A stretch of 64,000 bases of DNA from Nitrospirota bacterium (GTDB lineage: Bacteria > Nitrospirota > UBA9217). Shown here in pieces: positions 57,678 to 64,000 of the stretch; positions within the stretch are counted from its first letter, which is position 1, and the number at the start of each line of letters is the position of its first letter. The DNA lies in contig CAVTRN010000002.1 of the NCBI GenBank assembly GCA_963737155.1, positions 832,001 through 896,000 of the forward strand, in the 5' to 3' direction. The notes under the pieces are model-generated. The model worked only from the letters and a program-made list of their open reading frames with translations. It made no database searches and was not told the origin of the DNA. Both the position numbers and the translations under genes were made by a program.

Positions 57678-58652
57678 TTATTCGCGAGTCTTTTCCCAGT
57701 CCCATGCTGTCCGGATTATATAGTTCAAATCATCATGTTTCGGATTCCACCTTAGCATTTGCTTCAGCTTGGAATTGTCAGCAACCAATAGAGGAGGGTC
57801 CCCTGATCTGCGCTCGGTTTCTTGTACAAGGATTTCCATATTAGTGACCTTTTTGGCTGCTTTGATTACTTCGCGCACTGAATATCCATGGCCGTATCCG
57901 CAATTAAAAACGTCGCTTTTGCCGCCATCGAGAAGATATTCAAGAGCGAGGAGATGGGCATTGACCAGGTCTTGGACATGAATGTAATCTCGAATGCAAG
58001 TGCCGTCAGGAGTAGGGTAATCAGTGCCGTATATTTTCACACAATCTCTCTTCTTTTTCGCGGTTTTTAATATTAGCGGAATTATATGAGACTCAGGGTC
58101 ATGTCGTTCGCCGATACGGCCCGAAGGATGAGCACCTGCTGCATTAAAGTACCGCAACGAGACTGCTCGGAATTGCGCTGACGCAGACAGGTCTTGAAGG
58201 ACATCCTCTACGAAAGCCTTTGCACGTCCATAGGGGTTTATGGGTCTCATTGGGGCATCTTCCGTAATGGGGATCTTCGCAGGGTTTCCATACACTGCTG
58301 CGGAGGATGAAAAAATGAAATTATCCACCCGATGTTTTATAAGTACTTGGAGTAGGTTTATCGTATTTACTGCATTGTTATGATAATACTTCAGCGGTTC
58401 CCTGACCGATTCGCCCACCTCGATAAACGAAGCAAAATGCATTACAGCATCCGGCTGAAATTCCGTTATCGTGCTATCGAGTAGTTCCGTATCACCCAGG
58501 TCTCCGACAATGAGGTCCCCGTGCAGGACCGCATCACGGTGTCCCTTGGAAAGGTTATCGTACACTAAAATCGTGTAGCCTTTCTCACCCAATATTTTCA
58601 CGGCATGGCTGCCGATGTATCCGGCTCCGCCGGTAATGAGAATCCTGGCCAA
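57678..58652 (-). CDS. galE: UDP-glucose 4-epimerase
   Basis: ITGGAGYIGSH, HFA..EVGESV, FSSSAAVYG, YGRAK, LRYFNAAGA, DGTCIRDYIHV; GAGGA upstream of TTG 58652. Confidence 0.95.
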   Translation of the reverse strand: MARILITGGAGYIGSHAVKILGEKGYTILVYDNLSKGHRDAVLHGDLIVGDLGDTELLDSTITEFQPDAVMHFASFIEVGESVREPLKYYHNNAVNTINLLQVLIKHRVDNFIFSSSAAVYGNPAKIPITEDAPMRPINPYGRAKAFVEDVLQDLSASAQFRAVSLRYFNAAGAHPSGRIGERHDPESHIIPLILKTAKKKRDCVKIYGTDYPTPDGTCIRDYIHVQDLVNAHLLALEYLLDGGKSDVFNCGYGHGYSVREVIKAAKKVTNMEILVQETERRSGDPPLLVADNSKLKQMLRWNPKHDDLNYIIRTAWDWEKTRE

Positions 58653-58895
58653 TAAAAAATCCTCTTTCAAGAAAGATTGTGAAACTTAGATGTGCTTAGT
58701 GTTCGTAGCATGAAACGATCGCATAAGTCAAGCCATATTTTGGGGGTTTATTTGTTGATTTTATAAGCCAGCCAATACGAAGAAGGCCTATTGGTAAGTT
58801 ACCCCTAATCAGGAATGGGCGGAAGATTATTGAGAAAGTATTTTAAGCCGGCTACTGCGGGGCAGGGAAGGGAGATTGAAGAAGTGGCCTTGCAA

Positions 58896-60757
58896 CGGAT
58901 GTTCCGCCCTCGATATTCAGAAAATCATTTATCTTGCAGCAGGTTAGGCCTTTTTTTGTCCTAAATATGTAGCCACTAAAATATTCTTATTAATTATAAT
59001 TATATTGACAAATTGCTTTAATTATGATATTTAAGTAACCACTATGTACGTCGACTCCTCTACCGTGAAGCAGGGAAACAAATCCTACACCCGCTATCTT
59101 CTCCGGGAGTGCTATCGAGAAAACGGCAAGGTCAAGCACCGCACGATTGCAAATCTGAGTTCCTGCTCCGATGCAGAGGTTGCCGCAATCAAGCTCGCCT
59201 TGCGCCATAAAGAACAACTTGCCTCTCTCCTTTCCGACAAGATGACTGTGACTCAAAAGCAAGGGCTTTCGTTCGGCGCGGTATGGCTTGTTTATTCGAT
59301 TGCTCGCGAATTGGGGATCGTAGAGGCCATGGGAACAACCAGGGAAGGCAAACTGGCGCTGTGGCAGGTGATTGCGAGAGTCATCGATCAGGGATCGCGG
59401 CTGTCAGCGGTGCGATTGGCCGGGGCTCACGCGGCGTGCGATATTTTGAGCGTGGAGAAGTTCGATGAGAACGATTTATACGACAATCTCGACTGGCTTG
59501 CCGAACGTCAGGCAACGATCGAAGATCGTCTTTTTCGAAAACTGCATGGAGACGGGAAACCGGGGCTGTTTTTGTACGATGTGACCAGTTCGTATTTGGA
59601 AGGGACGGAGAACGAGTTGTCGGCTTTCGGCTACAACCGGGACGGCAAGAAGGGCAAGCTGCAGATCGTGATTGGGTTGTTATGCGATAACGAAGGTACA
59701 CCGCTGTCTGTGGAGGTGTTTACCGGCAATACCCAGGATCCCAAGACTGTTGGACCGCAGATTAAGAAGGTCGCGGAGCGGTTCGGGGCGAAGGATGTGA
59801 CGTTTGTGGGCGATCGAGGGATGATCAAGAGCGGTCAAATTGAAGCGCTGCATGCGGAACCCTACGGGTTTCATTACATCACGGCTATTACCAAGCCGCA
59901 GATCGAAAATCTTCTTGCGCGTAATATCATTCAGATGAACCTGTTCGATCAAGCGCTTGCGGAGGTCACGACAGATGAGGGGACGCGATATATACTGAGA
60001 CGCAATCCCGTGAGAGCTGAGGAAATGAAGGCATCCCGGGAGGATAAGCTCGCATCAGCCCGTAAGATGGTTGACGAGCGGAACCGCTATCTTGAGGAAC
60101 ATCCCAAAGCGAAGGTCGCAATTGCGCTTCGCGCAATAAGTGAACGAATGGAACGGCTCAAGATATCCGATTGGGCGAAGGCTTCGGCAACAGACAGGGT
60201 ACTGTCGATAACCGTAAACGCCGATGCGCTCGGGGAAGCGGAAAAGTTTGACGGTTGCTATGTGCTGAAGACCGACCTTCCGGTGGAATCCGCAAGCAAA
60301 GAAACGATTCATGATCGGTATAAGGATCTAACCTTGGTAGAATCCGCTTTCCGTACCAGTAAGACAGCGGAATTGGAGGTCCGGCCCATTCATGTGCGGC
60401 TCGCGACACGGACGCGTGGCCATGTATTCGTGGTCATGATGGCGTATCGGGTTGTGAAGGAGCTGTCCAGGCGATGGAGGCAGTTGGACACAACGGTGCA
60501 AGAAGGACTCGATGAGCTTTCAACCTTATGCGCCGTGGAGGTTAGTGTGAATGGATCGGTCCGCTATAATCGCATACCGGAACCGCGGGAATCGATCGGA
60601 AAATTGTTGAACGCAGCCGGAGTACGATTGCCGGAGATATTTCCCAGCACAGGAGTAAAAGTAACCACTAAGAAGAAGTTGCCTTCAAGAAGAAAATAGA
60701 CTGTTTTTACAAAATGATGAAATGTTCAAACGCGCCTTTTATTAGGGGGAACATCCG
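58896..60757 (+). mobile_element. IS1634-family insertion sequence
   Basis: TIRs CGGATGTTCC / GGAACATCCG, flanked on both sides by TTGCAA (58890-58895 and 60758-60763). Confidence 0.88.
59044..60699 (+). CDS. IS1634-family transposase
   Basis: YRENGKVKHRTIANLS, LYDVTSSYLEG, FGYNRDGK, FVGDRGMI, DGCYVLKTD, YKDL..VE.AFR..K. Confidence 0.93.
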   Translation: MYVDSSTVKQGNKSYTRYLLRECYRENGKVKHRTIANLSSCSDAEVAAIKLALRHKEQLASLLSDKMTVTQKQGLSFGAVWLVYSIARELGIVEAMGTTREGKLALWQVIARVIDQGSRLSAVRLAGAHAACDILSVEKFDENDLYDNLDWLAERQATIEDRLFRKLHGDGKPGLFLYDVTSSYLEGTENELSAFGYNRDGKKGKLQIVIGLLCDNEGTPLSVEVFTGNTQDPKTVGPQIKKVAERFGAKDVTFVGDRGMIKSGQIEALHAEPYGFHYITAITKPQIENLLARNIIQMNLFDQALAEVTTDEGTRYILRRNPVRAEEMKASREDKLASARKMVDERNRYLEEHPKAKVAIALRAISERMERLKISDWAKASATDRVLSITVNADALGEAEKFDGCYVLKTDLPVESASKETIHDRYKDLTLVESAFRTSKTAELEVRPIHVRLATRTRGHVFVVMMAYRVVKELSRRWRQLDTTVQEGLDELSTLCAVEVSVNGSVRYNRIPEPRESIGKLLNAAGVRLPEIFPSTGVKVTTKKKLPSRRK

Positions 60758-61156
60758 TTGCAACTCCTGGGATTGCGGAAACTACTGCACATCGTTGGTA
60801 TTCGCCCCGCAAGAGCGTTTCCTGGGCCGCGGGAATCCGGGACATAATATCGGGCAGCAATGTATTGAACTTGATCTTGTAACGATTTTTCTCGAAACAG
60901 ATGGCGCGTTTAAATCAAATCTCGTACGAGATCGCAGCTCATGCCCAGATCGTGGGGTTAGGCCGGCTGCCGAGAACGAGGAAAAAAGTGTCTGTCCTGC
61001 ATTCTGATGGATGGAGGATCCGACCGCTCTGTGGGTGGTTCCAACTGGACCGAAACACCATCCTAAGAATCCTCCATGAACATTTGAGCCGTGATGATTA
61101 TTTTACGCACCTTTCTTCGTTCAGACATGGGAGTCATCATGCGAGATTAGCGGCGA

Positions 61157-63421
61157 TTATTGACCATTTTGCTGTTTTATGAATGAGAGCAATTTATCAG
61201 ATTCTTCGGCAGATTCACTTGTTAAAGTCGCATACTCTTTCATAGCTGCTTCTTTATTGCCTTGCAAAGAATAGACAGCCCCCAGATTATAGAGTGCTTT
61301 CACATACTTCGGATCTATTTTCAGTGCTGCTATAAAAAGTTCTTTTGCCTCATCATACTTCCCAGACAAAAGGTAAAGCCCTCCGAGAGAGTTGTATGCT
61401 TCGGCATAACCGGGATCGAGGGTCAATGCCTTATTAAAGGCTGCGGCGGCATCTTGATACTTTTTTAATTCAACATATGTGAGACCCAGATTGTAATAGG
61501 GGATTGCAAAATCGGGATATTCTTTAATGGCCAGGTCTGCCGTCCTGATCGCATCATCGTATTTGCCGAGTTTCCTGTAGACCGTGCTCAGATCATTGTA
61601 TGCCTCGGCATCATTCGGATCGATCTTCAAAGCATCGTTGAAGGATGCCAATGCATCGTCGAGGCGATTCATTTTTAGGTACACCAGCCCAAGATTCTTG
61701 TAAATTCTTTTGTCTGGGCTGATATTGAGCGCTACTTTTGCTATCGTGATCGCTTCTTCAAATCTGTCAAGTTTTAGATAAACCATCATAAGACCGACAT
61801 ATGGATCATAATAATAAGGGTTAATCTGCATCGCGTCCCGGAACATGGTAAATGCGTCTTCATAGCGCCCGTGGTCCAAATATATGCTGCCGAGATTATT
61901 ATATGCCCGCGCCTTATAGGGAGACTTCTTTACTATATCTTTCCACATGGAGATGTCGTCATGCCAAACCATGTTTCTCGCGTAGGTTGCCCCCGACAGA
62001 GCGATAGTTGCAAGAGCAAGAAAAATAAAAACCGGCTTTTTACTTTTAAACAGCTTTTCAAAGATCAAGATCAATACGCAGATAATAGCCAGAATAATTC
62101 CGAAGGCTGGAAGATAAACACGATGCTCGAATATGACATCCTTTATGGGTATTATGCTCGATTCTACAGAAAGAGTGATAAAGAACCAGAAGATGCCGAA
62201 GGCGATCAGACGATAGAGCATGCCATTAAGAAAATAATCCGACGCGTGCTCAGATGTTTCCGGTAAATGCTTCGTGTTAAGCGCCTTGCGCGATTTGTAC
62301 AAAAGAACTGCTGCAGTCGTTATCAGTGTCAGAAGAAACAGGAATGATAGAAAAACTTGAGGCGTAAACAGGGAGTGATATATCGGGTAGTCATAATCGA
62401 GGTTTTGGTTCACAGGCAGGAATATCAGCCTGATATAGGTCGTGATTACCTGTATCTGTGTCATGAGATAGTCCCATCGGGGCATGGTGGTCTGGAGCCG
62501 AGTCTTCTCTCCCAAATCGGAGAGGAGCTCCCCCAAGGGCTTGTGCATACCCATGATGCTGATTGGAATGATCGCAAGCATCATGAGAATCGGCAGGAGA
62601 ATGAGAATTTTCTTTTTGATGTTGGTCTTGAAAAAGACGAACTCGTAGAGCACGATGATGATCGGCAGGGTAATTGCTGTTTCCTTTGTTTTCATCGCTA
62701 ATAGTGCAGAGCTCACGGATGCGAGATAAAAGCCAAGAGACTTTGCCTTTGATTTATCCCAAGCTCCGGCCCGCGTGTCAAGCCCGGCGAGTCTTGCTTT
62801 TGCGTACATCACCACAGAAAGAAGATAGAACATCGCAGTAAGCGACGCAAACCTCTGGTAAATGTAGGTTACTGCCTGTGTCTGAATTGGATGCGACACA
62901 AACAATAAGCCGGAAAAAAAGGCTATCATATACTTGAAAAACGGGTCATGATTTCTCGGCTGTAAAATAGAAAAAGATCGCATTGAAGGCGTATTAAAGG
63001 TCAGGAGAACGAGAAAGTAGACAAAAATGGCATTGGTAAGATGAATTACGAGATTTACTACATGATAGCCTATTACGTCAAGCTTCCCGAACTTATAGTT
63101 CATTGCAAAGGTGAGATAACCCACGAATCGGTTGCGATTAAAGTTATATATGGTAGAAGACAAGCAGGAATCTTGACCTTTGTGAGCCGCGATAAACTTG
63201 CTTAAATCTTCCATGTGCCCTTTATCGTCGAACATAAACGGCACATTGAATGTATTTGAATAGCATATTAATCCAACGACAGTGATAAGGAGAATATGGA
63301 AGGCAATATTGTGAATAAAACTGACTGGTGAGGATGATTTTCCCCCTGTATCTGTAAGAGCCGCGGTAACGTCGATTACGTGGGGATTATTAATTTTTTT
63401 ATTATTTGAGGATTTTCCCAT
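61157..63421 (-). CDS. TMTC-like multi-TM GT-C glycosyltransferase with long TPR tail
   Basis: FMFDD, YHVVNLVIH, SHPIQTQAVTYIYQR, KTKE, PVNQNLDY, FEHRVYLP, then a long run of TPRs. Confidence 0.82.
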   Translation of the reverse strand: MGKSSNNKKINNPHVIDVTAALTDTGGKSSSPVSFIHNIAFHILLITVVGLICYSNTFNVPFMFDDKGHMEDLSKFIAAHKGQDSCLSSTIYNFNRNRFVGYLTFAMNYKFGKLDVIGYHVVNLVIHLTNAIFVYFLVLLTFNTPSMRSFSILQPRNHDPFFKYMIAFFSGLLFVSHPIQTQAVTYIYQRFASLTAMFYLLSVVMYAKARLAGLDTRAGAWDKSKAKSLGFYLASVSSALLAMKTKETAITLPIIIVLYEFVFFKTNIKKKILILLPILMMLAIIPISIMGMHKPLGELLSDLGEKTRLQTTMPRWDYLMTQIQVITTYIRLIFLPVNQNLDYDYPIYHSLFTPQVFLSFLFLLTLITTAAVLLYKSRKALNTKHLPETSEHASDYFLNGMLYRLIAFGIFWFFITLSVESSIIPIKDVIFEHRVYLPAFGIILAIICVLILIFEKLFKSKKPVFIFLALATIALSGATYARNMVWHDDISMWKDIVKKSPYKARAYNNLGSIYLDHGRYEDAFTMFRDAMQINPYYYDPYVGLMMVYLKLDRFEEAITIAKVALNISPDKRIYKNLGLVYLKMNRLDDALASFNDALKIDPNDAEAYNDLSTVYRKLGKYDDAIRTADLAIKEYPDFAIPYYNLGLTYVELKKYQDAAAAFNKALTLDPGYAEAYNSLGGLYLLSGKYDEAKELFIAALKIDPKYVKALYNLGAVYSLQGNKEAAMKEYATLTSESAEESDKLLSFIKQQNGQ

Positions 63422-63702
63422 TGAGGATTCTGCCGAATGGGCTATTCTTTTTTCAATTACTAAGAGCTACAGTTTTCTGCTACTTTTGTACAAACTGCTT
63501 TGTGCACAGCTGCTGAGTAGTTCTATGGATGAATGCGTCGATTATTATACCTCAGGGTGACTTTTTGTCAAGAACAGCGACGGGTCTTGTCAACCCCAAG
63601 TTAGAATGTACGGTTTTGTGATACTGTCTAACGCTAGCAACTACTCGACCCTCTTGCTATGCCTTCAATTGCTCAACCAATCAACTACTCACACCTGAGA
63701 CG

Positions 63703-63999
63703 CTACTCACCAAACCGCTTCCCTGTTATCCCTTTTGAATAATCCAATATGCCTTGGCAAATGCATCTTATATTTTTTATAGGGTTACGCGTCCCCTTGA
63801 GTATGGCTACCGCTATGCGTTTCGTCATGTGGACCATGAATAATATTGTTTTTTTATTAAAGTGGTATCTTTTAATCAGTAAAAGCCTGTTCCTCTGCTC
63901 ATAATAGTTATAACGCGGGCTAAAACCAGTCATACTTGAAGACACCTTATGCCAAACTCTTGCATTCCGCGCAACCGCGAGCAGGAACCCTTTTTGATC
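63703..63999 (-). CDS. GT2-family glycosyltransferase, C-terminal part (continues beyond the window)
   Basis: Frame is open from the window edge: KGFLLAVARNARVWHKVSSS...YYEQRNRLL...GILDY. Confidence 0.7.
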   Translation of the reverse strand, partial: DQKGFLLAVARNARVWHKVSSSMTGFSPRYNYYEQRNRLLLIKRYHFNKKTILFMVHMTKRIAVAILKGTRNPIKNIRCICQGILDYSKGITGKRFGE

Positions 64000-64000
64000 C

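Overview
A 64 kb bacterial chromosomal window. The gene content (an orphan DsrT-like protein, a Geobacter-type PutA, multiheme cytochromes and a short second S1) suggests an anaerobic Nitrospirota or Desulfobacterota-like host; this is an inference. The left ~29 kb is accessory. It holds a MotB/OmpA lipoprotein, znuACB, an ABC-2 exporter with a USP, sodC, a sigma54-type motAB stator pair, a c-di-GMP cluster (PAS-GGDEF and tandem PilZ), a five-gene Rieske/cytochrome b operon with two pentaheme cytochromes, fsr, an L,D-transpeptidase, putA, an IS630 and several pseudogene scars. The centre is core: ffh-rpsP-rimM-trmD-rplS-rnhB-rimO-S1, DUF4912-GH57-glcD-radical SAM, and emrAB-tolC. The right end is a surface/glycosylation region with three TMTC-like GT-C/TPR genes, a 7-repeat Thr-rich surface lipoprotein, GT4, galE, a partial GT2, a RelE/XRE toxin-antitoxin pair between 48-bp direct repeats, and an IS1634. 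The top finding is two unannotated paralogous ~40-aa Arg-rich micro-ORFs (12106-12225 and 14320-14445). They carry the Cle-type YxGP[DE]RR c-di-GMP-binding motif, flank the diguanylate cyclase, and lie between the stator genes and the PilZ gene. They are candidates for natural stand-alone c-di-GMP-binding (sequestering) peptides in a motility-control module. All calls are by eye, with no database searches.
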